From Tubiluchus corallicola (taxonomy: Eukaryota > Animalia > Priapulida): a stretch of 64,000 nucleotides of DNA. A program made the translations under genes and the position numbers. Below, piece after piece: positions 63,331-64,000 of the stretch. Within the stretch, counting starts at the first letter, position 1; every line of letters begins with the position of its first letter. The DNA is taken from assembly GCA_030141605.1 (NCBI GenBank), contig JAQGDQ010000195.1, positions 248,001 to 312,000 on the forward strand, in the 5' to 3' direction. Below the pieces are notes generated by a model. The model was given only the letters and a program-made list of their open reading frames with translations, made no database searches and had not been told where the DNA came from.

Positions 63331-64000
63331 ATCAGTAGCAAGAGGAGCTGCGCAAAGAGCACTTTACTTGTAAACTAAATAGTGTTCCTGCTCAATTAAG
63401 AAATGTCTTCTTCCTCTGATGATGCGCATGTGATATACAGTGGTCGCAATGTATACATTTTTTTTCTAATCACATATTTTTATGAAATTATTTTGATCTA
63501 TTTTGTTGTGTGTAATATAATGGCTAAATCAGTTAACTAAATGACTATGCACAAACTTCTAACATTCGTAATTGAGTTGATTAATAGGGCACCGGCTTAT
63601 GTCATGTCAATTATGACATTGTATGGTTTTCTTTACATGCCATTCCAAAGTATTTACAGTATCAATTTACTGTGTGAACTTCTGCTGATTGGGTTTTATG
63701 CAGAAGTATATATTTGTGCCATGTTGCAGCTTTGCTGTGTCTGGATCTCACAATGTCCATTTTTTTGCTATACATTCTTGCTACAATTATTATTTGCTGC
63801 TTCATTTGCAAAATTTAAAAATTGTGGGCATAACTTATTTTTTTGCTATCTAAAATATATTATTATTATGTTTGTGTATCTTTTTCTACTTTTATTAGTA
63901 TCTCAGCAGATTTTGCATCAGAACAAAATGTAGAATAAAATTTAAGTACTTTTGTACTCAGCCTAACAAGATATGGGTGCCTGTCTTTCATAACTCCAGT

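Overview
AT-rich, intron-rich, repeat-laden animal (probably invertebrate) genomic DNA; it is not prokaryotic. Genes reconstructed by eye from splice signals and frame continuity: (1) the last two exons of a four-jointed (fj/FJX1-like) Golgi kinase (+, 1-878); (2) a complete 8-exon matrix metalloproteinase (+, 6506-31778, 510 aa) with signal peptide, 3x23-aa acidic repeat extension, KRCGMKD cysteine switch, furin site and HELGHALGLPH zinc motif, which lacks a recognisable hemopexin domain and ends in a Gly/Phe (FG-repeat) tail whose frame is absent from the ORF track; (3) a complete 9-exon GLOD4 (-, 34735-47267, 296 aa) with a GC-AG intron; (4) a secreted Gly/Ser/Tyr-rich protein with a CBM14 chitin-binding domain (+, 53520-54525); (5) two tandem intronless class A GPCRs (-), one carrying a single 1-bp frameshift; (6) a 1.7-kb fold-back made of two converging BEL/Pao-like LTR-gag halves; (7) an isolated terminal exon of CAD (ATCase C-terminus), with no upstream CAD exons visible in the window. 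Introns and intergenic DNA hold MITEs, a hAT remnant, 5S- and tRNA-derived SINEs, LINE fragments, and mini- and microsatellites. All calls are manual and no database searches were run.
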